Virus record (IMG/VR): IMGVR_UViG_2061766007_000697 | Source of the DNA: an uncultured virus (IMG/VR IMGVR_UViG_2061766007_000697) | Lineage: Duplodnaviria > Heunggongvirae > Uroviricota > Caudoviricetes | Reading direction: 5' to 3' (one strand) | Length of the DNA stretch: 42,723 nucleotides | Part shown: one piece after another, positions 19,892 to 31,446 of the stretch | Layout: each line of letters opens with the position of its first letter | Position numbering within the stretch: position 1 is the first letter of the stretch | Translations under genes and position numbers: made by a program | The notes under the pieces: model-generated | Told to the model about the DNA's origin: nothing | Databases searched by the model: none | What the model saw: the letters and a program-made list of their open reading frames with translations, nothing else

Positions 19892-22187
19892 ATGCCTACT
19901 ACTCTGGGACGTGAGCTCGTTAGGGACAAGCTTCCCGATAAGTATAAGCCCTATGCGGATCAAGTTCTGACGAAGAAGGTCACCACAGCGTTGATGACCG
20001 AGATCGCCAAAGAAGACCCTGATGGATATATTGATGTCCTTCAGGGCCTGAACAATCTTGCTCAGACTGTTGTCTCCACCTATGGACGAGATGCTGCACT
20101 GCCTTTTCGTGATATGAAAATATCCAAAGGCATTCAGCAGCTTAAAGACAAGATGAAAGCTATTGTTGATAAGGTCCTGGATGACGACAGCCTGACACCG
20201 GCCCAGAAAGAAGAAAAGATCAAAGAGCTCGGCTACAAGTACACACAGAAAGTGGAAGACGCTGTATTCGACGATAATGATAAACGACACACAGCGCTTG
20301 CCTCGCAGATCAATTCAGGCTCACGTGGTAATAAGACGCAGCTTCGTCAGATGCTGTTTGGCAATATGCTGATGAAAGATGCGCTGAACCGTGACATGCC
20401 TTATCTTGGTTTGGATGCCTATGCCAATGGCGTGACACCGACTAATTACTGGGTATCAGCATCATCCGGTCGTAAAGGCTATTACGACGTTCAGATGGCA
20501 ACAGGTCAGTCTGGCTATCTAGGAAAACGAGTTACAGCTGCTACACATGATACTATCATAAGTGAGGATGATTGTGGGACTACTGATACTGGTGTTCCTT
20601 ATCCTGCTAATAGTGATAAAAACATAGGTGCTGTACTGCTGAAGCCGTTCCATAATCATCCAGCAGGCTCTATTGTGGATGCGAAGATGGTTGCAGAGGC
20701 AGACGATGACNNNNNNNNNNNNNNNNNNNNNNNNNNNNNNNNNNNNNCTTGTAAGAGCAAGAACGGTGTTTGCGCTAAATGCAACGGGCTAGGCGAGAAT
20801 GGCAAGTTTCCTGGAATCGGTGAGTATGTCTCACTGAATGCTGCTCGTTCGTTTGTTGAGCCTCTTACACAGGCGTCTATCGGTTGTCTGGCTGGTGATA
20901 CAATGGTGCGCATGTTTGATGGGCCGGCCAAGGCTATCAAGGNNNNNNNNNNNNNNNNNNNNNNNNNNNNNNNNNTAACACGCTTCTATAGCCACGGTAC
21001 AAAAGAGATGTATCGTTGGTCTTTCTCTAATGGTACTACACTGGATTGCACAGCCGACCATAAGATAATGTTTATAGAAGCCATGCTTGCTCTCTATTGC
21101 GGTGATGGCCAGCGTTATTACACCTATAGAGAAAGGCCAATCGGCGAGATCAATGCTATCGAGTATGGCGTGCCTGTGTTCGATGGCAATCATAAGGTTG
21201 CCGAGCATCTTATAGGTCCGACTAAGGAATATCTTGNNNNNNNNNNNNNNNNNNNNNNNNNNNNNGATAGATCATCCAAGCCATATGTTCCTTTTGAATA
21301 ATGGGCTTTGTGTGAGCAACTCCAAGCATTCTGGTGGTGTCGGTGGTAAGAAGGTTATAGATCCAGAGGGCGAAGATCAGCCAACTGGTTTCCGCAATAT
21401 AGAGCGTATGTTTACCACGCCATCTAACTTCCCTGGTGGAGCGGTGCTTACTCCTATTGATGGTACAGTGTCCTCTATCCAACCAGCAGCGCAGGGTGGT
21501 ACTTATGTTACAGTCGGCAATAAAACTCTCTATTGCAGTCCCTATAGAACAGTGACTGTGAAGAAGGGCGATAAGGTCTATGCCGGTGATATGCTGACAA
21601 ACGGCGTGCCTAACCCGATGGAGGTTGTGGCATTGAAGGGTCTTGGTGCAGGTCGCATCTATTTCATGAATAAGATGAATGACATCCTTAAGAAGAGCGG
21701 AGCAGGTACAGCCAGACGCAATCTTGAATCCTTCACCCGCGCCTTCCTTAATAAAGTAGAGATCACTAATCCGGATGGCTATGAAGATTATCTGCCAGGT
21801 GACATTGTCAATTACAGCAATATCATGGCGGATTATGAGCCACGTGAAGATTCACAGTCCCTTGCTCCCGATAAAGCCATTAACCAGTACCTTGAGAAGC
21901 CTGTCCTATATTATACAATAGGAACACGCATTACTCCAGAAGTCGCTTCTACACTAAAGAAATATAAATTCAATGATGTACTGGTAAACAAGAATGAGCC
22001 CTCGTTTGCTGCTCGCTTTATGCGCCCCGCCGAGGGCTTGCAGCACGATAAAAACTGGTTGCCTCGTCTGTCTGGTGAGCGCCTTAAAGAAGGGTTGTTT
22101 GATGCAGCTCGTCAGGGAATAACCGATTCTTATGATTCCCCGAGCTATGTTGATAAGATCATCATCAACCCAATAAAGCCTAATTGA
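19892..22187 (+). CDS. rpoC: RNA polymerase beta' subunit, C-terminal fragment with one intein
   Basis: MPTTLGR (TTVGR), INSGSRGN, bridge helix GRKGYYDVQMATGQSGYLGKR, EDDCGT, C...GVCAKCNG Zn site, trigger loop EPLTQASIG|SKHSGG, NWLPRLSGE; joins across the gap at 21237. Confidence 0.9.
20885..21320 (+). mobile_element. intein 5 (mini-intein) in the beta' trigger loop
   Basis: QASIG|CLAGDTMVRMFDG, LDCTADHKI (block B), IDHPSHMFLLNNGLCVSN|SKH. Confidence 0.85.
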
Positions 22188-22238
22188 TTGAACGAATAAA
22201 ATTTACATAAAGACTATACAGTATCTAAGGAGACACTA

Positions 22239-24315
22239 ATGCACAGTCTTATCATTCAGCGCAATATGACAAAGCGCGCCACAGAGGAGGACGGTCCTTC
22301 CTTTGAGCAGCAGTTTGGAATCCTGGCGAACGCAGTTATTTCCGACAAGTTCCCCCAGCTTGATTCCATGAAACTGGCGTTCCAGCTGATCGACAAGTCC
22401 GACGACAACACTAAGGCTTGTGGTGCATCAGTCTACGTCGTTGGCAGGACTGTGATTTTTGTACCTGCTTTCTTCAACAATGGCAACCTTAAGACTGGCG
22501 ATATGATGCTGGTTGGAGAGTCGCAGCAGTTCTTGCCGCTTAGCGATCCGTGGCTGTCCTGGCTTAAGAACAAAGATCTGAATCCGGCTGGCGACCTTGT
22601 TAATACTGCAGATGTTGATCCGATTGGTACAACGAAGAGTACGACTATTCGTGAAATAGCGGATCCGATTATAAAGACTGCCAGTGTTTATCTTAAAGGT
22701 TTGTGCAGACTTGATCCTGATTTTAAGAAGACTGTCAGTCAGATGAATGTTCTTGATACCGCTCTTCACATGGGCAAGCAGGCGACTGAATCCATGCTGG
22801 ATAATATGATGAAAGAAGATCTGCTAAATGCGACTCTTTCTTTTTACAGTCCAGAAGACTTGCAGAAGTTTGCAAGCGCTGCTCAGGCTATGGATCCTGC
22901 ACCGGCTTTCAAAGTCATCATGCCTTTCGATAAAGAGGCCAAGGATCTTAGCGCTAAGGAACAGCATGCTCTCTATAAGGATGGCTTCTTCATCAAGTGC
23001 GCTGCGGAAGGCAAGGAAGTTCCCACCGTCATTAAGAAGAAACGCATTCAGGATATGTTTGGTATTCTGAAAGAAGGGGGCAAGACAGGGCTTCTGCAGC
23101 CAGATGGAAGCATTAAAGAGGCTTATGTCTTTAAAGTAGATGGCTGTCTCTGCCCATGTGGTAATGGTGATCGTGGCGTTAATAGCTACACTGCTGATAG
23201 AGATGGCTACATGCCTCCGCATCTGTTCTCGAAGCCTCGTCCTAACTTCCTGGTCATTGTTGATGACAAGGCTGTGGAACTAAGACAGGGTGCCATGGAA
23301 TTGCTTAGCGACCGCGAAGAACTGACTGACGATATGTTCGAGAAAGTCGGCAAGAAGCTGTCGAGCGTCGCCGAGGACGAGGCTGGCGGCTTTATTCTGT
23401 GCGAAGACGGCACTGCGTTTGATGTCTGGTATCTGCAGAAAGCTGGCGACGGTGTCTGGACAAATGGTGGCCTGACATATGAACTAGCTGATGAAGACAG
23501 CACTTTGAAGAAGCCGATGATGACTGCTGAGAAGATGTGGCTGATTCCTGCCAATGCCAGATTTGTTGCGCATACAGAGAAGCCTGCTAAGGTTGGGTTC
23601 GTTACTATGGCGAACCTTGACAGCTTTATCGAATCCTATACACAGAAGCATTATAAGAGAGCGCGCATTTATCACAACGGCTCTGATTATACAGTGAGCG
23701 GTGACAATAGCGAGAACGGCGATCAGCTTCTTAGCTTTAAGGAAGCCTGCCTTGCACTGGTGAGTGATTATGGTGTTGCACCGGCTGATGCCAAGGTGAT
23801 GGTTAAGGATGCTGCTAATGGCGCCACATACGATAATCCAAAGGCTACGTCTTATCTGATCACCAAGCTTGCGTCTGAAACAGGCGGCTGGCAGNNNNNN
23901 NNNNNNNCCTCCGCAGATCGAACAGCGCCAGATGCCTACCTTTATTGAAGACCCTGCGCAACTTGAGAAGGCTGTTACTGATGCCGCGCAGAACGGTATC
24001 AAGGAAGTGTTTGATGTTACGGTCCTGAAGCTGCTGGTCAAGCAGAACCGATTCTTTGATGAGATTCATGATGATCTTCCTCTGTTTATGCAGGTGCTTG
24101 ATAGCCTCTGCCGTAAGCTGTTCCAGTTCTATTGGCACACTGATAAGATGGAAGAGAAGTACGGTATGGTTAAGTTGAAATCGCTTGAAGAGTCGCTTAA
24201 GGTTACTCTGGAAAGTTTATCCGAACTGACGATCTTCTTCAAGCTCCGTACAGTAGATGGATCTGGAAGTACAGGAGACACTGCTGGAGATCTCATGACA
24301 GGTACTATGATGTGA
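22239..24315 (+). CDS. large putative head-associated protein (~690 aa), function unknown
   Basis: AAGGAG RBS; ORFs 22239-23948 and 23869-24315 join across a gap; TKRAT, IKTAS, IKCAA, TKLAS motifs. Confidence 0.7.
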
Positions 24316-24340
24316 TCTTCTTAGTGTCAGAAACCACCCA

Positions 24341-25255
24341 ATGACAGAAGAAGCAGAAATTATACTAGCGGAAGAAATTGTTCCAGCCGAAAGACCTCCT
24401 GAGATGGCTCGGGAGGTCTTTCTGAGTCCTCCGGATTGGCGCTATCAACAGGCGTTTCAGTATTTGGAGGACGAGAGGAACGGCATTACACCAACACTGC
24501 CCACAGACCCTGTTGTGTTGTTGGTAATCAGGGCGTTGCGTGCTTTCAGGCGTGTTCCAAACAGGCTCTATATGGATGCTTTGTGGAATACGACCGAAGA
24601 GGTCATAAGGCTTGGCACTACTATGAAGCGCTCTGCTATTGTTGCAGAGATTGAGTCTCATCTGATCTCCGGACACAGTGCCAAGGATCTGAAAGCTATT
24701 TATAGCTGCCCTATTCCAGGCAAGATCTACGAGTTGTATGCTAAGGTGTTCTTTGATCTCAATGGTATTACAGCCATTAATAGCTGGATTCATGATTTCC
24801 TGTTTGAACCAGAGAGACACACATCGAATCAGATCCTTCTTCGTGCACGTCTATTATCTTATTATAAAGATGCAGCAAGCGGGGCAAAGGCAGCTATCCT
24901 TGGGCTGGATGAAAAAGATTCCATAAATCTGCTNNNNNNNNNNNNNNNNNNNNNNNNNNNNNNNNNNNNAATGTTGTTCGACTATATGGTCAAGCACACA
25001 AGGATGACTCAGGAAACCTATGCGATGCTTATGGAAGCAGCCCTTAAAAGTATGACGGAGAGAGATTTTCAGGAGCATATGCGCGATCGTGACGAAGCTG
25101 GAAGCGGGTCTCTTGAGGATCTGGCAACCGGTATCGAACAAGGCATCAGAGCATATACACAACAGGAAATAGAAGGCGTTGATCAAAACGGCCTCGACTT
25201 TACAAATCAATATACCAAGTTCATTACACATAAGGAAGTCTCAAATGGAGAATAG
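24341..25255 (+). CDS. hypothetical protein (~304 aa, predicted helical)
   Basis: long ORF in operon order, overlaps next start. Confidence 0.7.
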   Translation: MTEEAEIILAEEIVPAERPPEMAREVFLSPPDWRYQQAFQYLEDERNGITPTLPTDPVVLLVIRALRAFRRVPNRLYMDALWNTTEEVIRLGTTMKRSAIVAEIESHLISGHSAKDLKAIYSCPIPGKIYELYAKVFFDLNGITAINSWIHDFLFEPERHTSNQILLRARLLSYYKDAASGAKAAILGLDEKDSINLXXXXXXXXXXXXXMLFDYMVKHTRMTQETYAMLMEAALKSMTERDFQEHMRDRDEAGSGSLEDLATGIEQGIRAYTQQEIEGVDQNGLDFTNQYTKFITHKEVSNGE

Positions 25256-27453
25256 AGCATCATATGATGAAGAACGCCGACTGACCAACGCCATTGAGCG
25301 CGCGGCTACGGTTGCTTCTGTCAACGAATCCCTGGATCGTGACCAGCTTCTGGCGGACCAGCTTAAGAAGGCTGCTGTGGATCCCAAATACGCGAAGACT
25401 GCAAGCCAGGCTTTCAATAAGCGTCTGACTGTTCTCACGTTTAAGAAGACTGCTGATGAGCATAAGGCTGATCCTTTTGCGTTGTCCGATCCTGACAAGG
25501 TGTATGCGCTTGTGTCCGGTCAGAACGAGATCAAGGTGGCTGCAGAGAATTTTGACATGACTATCGAGCAGCTGGAAGAGTATGAACAGATGGACAAAGC
25601 AGCGAGTGCCGATCTAAATGTTATTGTCAAGGATCGTCGCTATGAGCATCTGTGCAGCTGGGATACTTTCAAACAGCGCCTCGAAAGTGAGATGGATAAG
25701 CTTGCCAGCGGTTTCCGTGTGCTGATGTCTGATATTGATAACAGAGAACAGGCTGTTGATAAAGAAGCCGAAGAAGTTGCCAGCTACTTCAAGAAGGCCA
25801 ACTATAACTTCGACTTCACCACTGCTGTTAACCTGTACGGTGATAAGCTTAAAGCTNNNNNNNNNNNNNNNNAAGCTTTGTTATCAAGCCGAATAAGGAA
25901 ATCTTTAAGAAGATCGCCAAGCTGCTGGAAGATAGGGACGCTCTTGAAGATGTTAAATGGTTGGCTGGAGAACTGGCTAACGGTATATCCGAATTCTGCA
26001 AGAGTGCTGCGGCACTTGGTGATGAATATCAGATCAAGGAAGCCGATCTACAGCAGCAGATTGCTGATGCCCAGAATAACGTTAATGCTTTCAACACACA
26101 GCTCCAGGCCCTTAAAGATAAATACAATGCCGATAATCAGAGTGGTGCCACCGCTGCTCGTTTGCAGGGCCTTGGTGATATTATTGTAGGTACTGGTGCC
26201 GGTCTTGCAGAAGGCGGCATTGGTGCTGTTAACGACATCACTGGTGCTGCGAGAACTGCTCTTAATAATGCCAAGGCTCTCTATTATGCTGGCAACAATG
26301 TAAGTATCAGCCCTGGTGATTTGCTGGATGCTGCTTTCCTTACAAAGGATCGTTATCGTGATCGCCTGTTGGCTTGGAGTGATATGAGCGCTGATCCGCA
26401 GCTTGCTATGTATCCGGCGGAACAGGTGTTTGCTGCCACACAGAAGGCTATGGATATGGATACCAGCATGGAGCGTCCTGATCAGCGTGAAGTTCTTAGG
26501 GCGCAGGTTGCTCAGCTGCTTGCTCAGAACAATCGTATGTCCACTGCCGATATCGCTGCTCTTGCTACAACTCTCAAGGCTCTTGGTGCTTCTCGTCCAA
26601 ATGCGGCTATGGAAGCAGGCAAGGCTGTCAGCGCTCTCAGCGATAAGAGTAAGCCTGGTCTTGTCAATCAGGATGCCATTGTCGGTCAGTTCGGTGATAC
26701 AGAAGGGCTCAAAGCGCTGCGTGAGCAGGCTGCTAGTGGCCTTGAAGACGCATATAGAAAGCTGGATGATATTGCTAAGGCGCAAGCCGATGCTGCTAAG
26801 GAAGAAATCAAAGATGTTTCTAATCGCAGGGACACTGCAGCAAAGGAGCTTAGTCATCTTAAGGAACTTGATTATGAAGAGGGCCAGGCCAGACTTAGAC
26901 AGGATAATGCTAACGAGCAGAAGCGCCTTGATAGAGAACATCAGAAATCTATGTCTGATGCATCTAATGCCAGTGCTGAAAATATCGCCAAGATGTATAC
27001 AGATTCAGCCTCTGCATCTAATAAGACATATAGAGATTATTTAGCTGCTTGGCTGCGCGCTAATAGGAATGGTGGCACTGGTAGTGGACCTGTACCACCA
27101 CAGCCACCAACACCAACACCACCGAATCCGCCAAAACCAGAATCCCCAAAGCCAGATACAGATAAGGACAAAGGACCCGGTAAGGATAAAAAACCAAAAT
27201 TCGATGAGTCTTCCCTTGACATAGCGAAGAATCGCTATCCAACAGAAAAAGATCGTGATCGCTGGGCCCAAAATCTTCAGAAGTATACCGACAAGAATAA
27301 TCTTACTGCAGAAGAGCTGGCTCAAAGTCTACGGCAAAGCGACCCGGATAAAGCTAATGGTAATGTGTGGATTCTGGAACAAGAGCCTGATCGTGTGTTT
27401 GCAGTTAAGGATCCACGTGACGGCGGTATTACAGTTATTACAGCCTCTGAATT
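25245..27453 (+). CDS. large putative internal head protein with coiled coils and Pro-rich linker (stop probably in gap)
   Basis: AAGGA RBS, ATG 25245; ORFs 25179-26189 and 25961-27577 join across a gap; many KxA motifs; PVPPQPPTPTPPNPPKP linker. Confidence 0.65.
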
Positions 27454-27484
27454 NNNNNNNNNNNNNNNNNNNNNNNNNNNNNNN

Positions 27485-28913
27485 ACAAGTGCTGCCCGAG
27501 TCGTTCGACTTTGGGATGCCTTCTGTGGAAATAGTCAATGTCGGGTCCAAAGGGCTCGACAAGACTGCCATGGTTAAGAGAGCATCTGCCTTCGACGACA
27601 TTCTGGATAAGATAGAGAAGAAAGCCAATAGGACTTATCTTCATGTTATCACCACAGGTGCTTTTGAGAAGTTTGCTGCTAATCAGAATGCTGACAGCTG
27701 GAACGGCGATTACCTCGACTGGGAATTTCCATATCCTGAAGATCCTATGAAGAAAACAGCCCACTTTGATGGTGGTCTTAAGAAGTATCATGACGATACC
27801 TATATGAAAGGTGGCGCTGTCTATCAGGAGCATCAAACCAAAACAGCTGGTGTTGATCCATCTGGTGAAATCATAGCTGCAAGATACAATCCTGATATGT
27901 ATCGTGGCGAGCTTCTTATTGCTGTCGATAATGATAAGTGGCGCGAGCGTCTGCAGAAGAAAGCATCCGGTCATGATATTTACCTAAGTATCGGTGCATC
28001 AGTACCTTATGATACCTGTGTCCTCTGCGGGCGCCAGGCTAAGACAGCATCTGAACACTGTGATCACTTTAAGAAACATCGTGGTCAGCTTTTTGAGTGC
28101 GGTAAGACGGCTTCTGTCATGAATGATAAGCCTTCCTTCTATGACATTTCTGGCGTTAACGTCCCAGCCGATAAGATTGCTTTCGTTCTTCGTAAGATGG
28201 CGTCCACTGACAAGAACTTTAACAAGACCGCATCTGTCAATCCTATCATGCCAGATGAGATTGCCACACGTCCTCCTATGCTTCTAACTAAGGCTGCATC
28301 GCTTCTTTCCAAGCTTGCAGAAATGGAAAAGAAGATAGAAGGAATCATAGAAGGCGACAAGGATGTTGATCTCGAAGCCTTCCGTGACGACGCTGATGCC
28401 AAGAAGGATTTCGTACTCCGGGTAGAAAATTATCCGGCCGATGAAGTTATCGACTCCTGCAACAGAAAAGGAATGCTTTTGTCTCCTGGTATGTTGTTTA
28501 AGATTCTCGGACACGATCTGGAAGATGACAACCTTCTGTCAAAATGCGATGACACCTGCTGCGGTGATACTACTTGTATAATGCAGGATCTTGACAATGA
28601 TGACGATAAGAACTCCGAATTGCTCGATGGTTCTTTCGATCAGCACATGCCTGCCGACCTTAATCTGGATGAGATCCTTAATAAGTTCCTTCCAGAATTT
28701 GGAACATCCGATGGCGCCATTAATGCCAAGATCATACGTATTACCATTAGCCCGCGCACGAAGAAGGAACAGACCAAGGAAGCATCATTCAACGCCCAAT
28801 CACAGCAGGCCTTGAGACGTACCTATGCCCGTTATCTTGTTTCGTTTGCGGAACGTAATGATGATCAGACGTGTTTCAATGCGCTTATGAAGGTAGCAGC
28901 GCTCTCTAAATAA
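27485..28913 (+). CDS. prohead (capsid maturation) protease with Zn finger; start in gap
   Basis: NQNADSW, VYQEH (candidate catalytic His), YLSIGASV (candidate catalytic Ser), CVLC...HCDH, FYDISGVNVPAD: pattern of HK97/assemblin-fold phage proteases; upstream of capsid genes. Confidence 0.75.
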
Positions 28914-28980
28914 GCGAATTTCTTAACCATAAATCTCTAGTAACCACAACAAGTGGAATTTAACAAGAAGGAATGTTGAT

Positions 28981-30390
28981 ATGACAAATCAGCTTAAGAA
29001 CAAGTCCAAGACTCTGCTCGACCTGCTCGCTCAGAGTGGCCTGACCAAGGAAGCGGCTCAGGAAATCACTCATAAGACGCTGCTCGATCAGACGAATATT
29101 GGCAAAGAGCAGACCCAGGATCTGCATGAAGGCGTTGAAGGCGTCCTTGCCGATACCAAGGCTGCCGAAAATAAATCTACTGACACTGTTCCGGATCTCC
29201 CGGGTGTCCAGAATCTGAATGCCTCGGGTGAAGAAGGCATCCGTGCCGAAGGCAAGTCCGTTGAGACCCAGACGACCGATGGCTGCGAAGCCGGTACCCC
29301 AGCACAGGAAGCCAAGAAGATGGCGTCCGATTATCGCGCTGCGGTTGCCTCTCTGGTTGCGCAGAAGCGTGCCCAGGTTGCCGAACAGACCAAGCAGGCT
29401 TCCGAACAGAAAGCTCCTGAATTCACGACCGGTACTGCTGTCATGGCGAAGTTCGCTGCTCTTACGCAGAACTCCACCGAGGCCGATATCGAAGATGCGA
29501 AGCAGGAACTCCTGAAGCTCGCGTCCACCAATCCTGCGTTTGGCGTTATCAAGGAACGCATTATGATGCGCAAGATGGCGGAAGACATCGACGCNNNNNN
29601 NNNNNNNNNNNNNNNNNNNNNNNNNNNNNNNNNNNNNNNNNNNNNNNNNNNNNNNNNNNNNNNNNNNNNNNNNNNNNNNNNNNNNNNNNNNNNNNNNNNN
29701 NNNNNNNNNNNNNNNNNNNNNNNNNNNNNNNNNNNNNNNNNNNNNNNNNNNNNNNNNNNNNNNNNNNNNNNNNNNNNNNNNNNNNNNNNNNNNNNNNNNN
29801 NNNNNNNNNNNNNNNNNNNNNNNNNNNNNNNNNNNNNNNNNNNNNNNNNNNNNNNNNNNNNNNNNNNNNNNNNNNNNNNNNNNNNNNNNNNNNNNNNNNN
29901 NNNNNNNNNNNNNNNNNNNNNNNNNNNNNNNNNNNNNNNNNNNNNNNNNNNNNNNNNNNNNNNNNNNNNNNNNNNNNNNNNNNNNNNNNNNNNNNNNNNN
30001 NNNNNNNNNNNNNNNNNNNNNNNNNNNNNNNNNNNNNNNNNNNNNNNNNNNNNNNNNNNNNNNNNNNNNNNNNNNNNNNNNNNNNNNNNNNNNNNNNNNN
30101 NNNNNNNNNNNNNNNNNNNNNNNNNNNNNNNNNNNNNNNNNNNNNNNNNNNNNNNNNNNNNNNNNNNNNNNNNNNNNNNNNNNNNNNNNNNNNNNNNNNN
30201 NNNNNNNNNNNNNNNNNNNNNNNNNNNNNNNNNNNNNNNNNNNNNNNNNNNNNNNNNNNNNNNNNNNNNNNNNNNNNNNNNNNNNNNNNNNNNNNNNNNN
30301 NNNNNNNNNNNNNNNNNNNNNNNNNNNNNNNNNNNNNNNNNNNNNNNNNNNAGAGCAGCTTACGTTCAGTATCTCCGCCATCAGAAATAA
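28981..30390 (+). CDS. putative scaffold/internal head protein (middle in a large gap; could be two genes)
   Basis: AAGGA RBS; acidic, Ala-rich; dense KxA motifs; lies between protease and capsid genes. Confidence 0.5.
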   Translation: MTNQLKNKSKTLLDLLAQSGLTKEAAQEITHKTLLDQTNIGKEQTQDLHEGVEGVLADTKAAENKSTDTVPDLPGVQNLNASGEEGIRAEGKSVETQTTDGCEAGTPAQEAKKMASDYRAAVASLVAQKRAQVAEQTKQASEQKAPEFTTGTAVMAKFAALTQNSTEADIEDAKQELLKLASTNPAFGVIKERIMMRKMAEDIDXXXXXXXXXXXXXXXXXXXXXXXXXXXXXXXXXXXXXXXXXXXXXXXXXXXXXXXXXXXXXXXXXXXXXXXXXXXXXXXXXXXXXXXXXXXXXXXXXXXXXXXXXXXXXXXXXXXXXXXXXXXXXXXXXXXXXXXXXXXXXXXXXXXXXXXXXXXXXXXXXXXXXXXXXXXXXXXXXXXXXXXXXXXXXXXXXXXXXXXXXXXXXXXXXXXXXXXXXXXXXXXXXXXXXXXXXXXXXXXXXXXXXXXXXXXXXRAAYVQYLRHQK

Positions 30391-30401
30391 GGAGTCCTAC
30401 C

Positions 30402-30809
30402 ATGCAGGACGAAGCTCTTGAACAAATGACGAAGCTGGCAAACGATCTCTGCGATCAGCTTGAAAAAGCTGAAGCCGAGAACAAGAGCCTCAAGGAGCAG
30501 CTTGCTCAGGTGAAAACCGCGAGTGCTGCTCCGGCAGAAACTCTTGCAGTTCCAGCCGATGTCGTGGATGCNNNNNNNNNNNCTGGCAGTATCACCGCTG
30601 ATCAGGTTGCAGAATGCAAAGAAGCATTTACAAACGATCCGAGCGCGGCACATCGTGTTCTCGTTCAGATCCTTAACGCGCCAGCACAAGAAAAGACAGC
30701 ATCTGCTGAGGAAGACCTGAGCGGTGGCACCCTCGTTGGTGGTATCGACAAGGATGCTTCTGAAGAAAAGTATGCGTCTATGTTTGAAACACTTGGCCTT
30801 AATATCTAA
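30402..30809 (+). CDS. small coiled-coil head-assembly (scaffold-like) protein
   Basis: AAGGAG RBS; coiled coil; VKTAS and EKTAS motifs. Confidence 0.6.
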   Translation: MQDEALEQMTKLANDLCDQLEKAEAENKSLKEQLAQVKTASAAPAETLAVPADVVDXXXXXGSITADQVAECKEAFTNDPSAAHRVLVQILNAPAQEKTASAEEDLSGGTLVGGIDKDASEEKYASMFETLGLNI

Positions 30810-30829
30810 CAATCGAAAGGTAATTCATT

Positions 30830-31428
30830 ATGGCTATTACTCGTACTGACCAGCTGTATCGGCAGAATGAACACGCTGCCGTTATCGCTCATGGTGCGCA
30901 CCCTGAATACCGCCTTGAATTTCCTGCCGAAGTTGATGGCTCCGATGCGAACTACACCAAGATCTATCAGGGTAGTGTCGTTTCCCTCAACTCCGACGGT
31001 AAGTACATCTGCGGCTGCGGTGTTGGTACCGGTGCTAACTTCCCGGTTCCTTGCATCTCCCTTAAGAACGTGTTTGATCCGGATGTGACCACTGGCAAGC
31101 TCGGCACGACCGCGTTCGTCACTGGTTCCAGCTACACCGTTCTCCCTGACTATCGTAAGTCCACCTACAGTGCTGTCGGCGGCAAGATCACTGCTATCCC
31201 CTGCACTGGCGGCTACGNNNNNNNNNNACGTTGATGCCACGTACAATGTGAACGACGCTGTCGTTGCTGGTACTGGTGATGATCTCGGTAAGGTTGTTCC
31301 GTTTACTGGTACTGATCCTTATGCGTCCGGTGCTACCGCTGCCGTTATCGGCTNNNNNNNNNNNNNNNNNNNNNCAGCAGACCCGCATTTCGTTCTGGAC
31401 GAACTTCATCCCGGCTGCTCATGCTTGA
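30830..31428 (+). CDS. putative capsid decoration/cement protein
   Basis: beta-rich ~195 aa immediately upstream of the capsid gene; joins across two gaps to ...SFWTNFIPAAHA-TGA. Confidence 0.55.
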
Positions 31429-31446
31429 TTATAAGGAGACACACTA

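Noticed and set aside
11641..22187. Bacterial chromosomal rpoB-rpoC operon or pseudogenised RNAP
   Set aside because: There is no ribosomal-protein context, the genes sit among virion genes, and all frame breaks coincide with N gaps rather than real stops.
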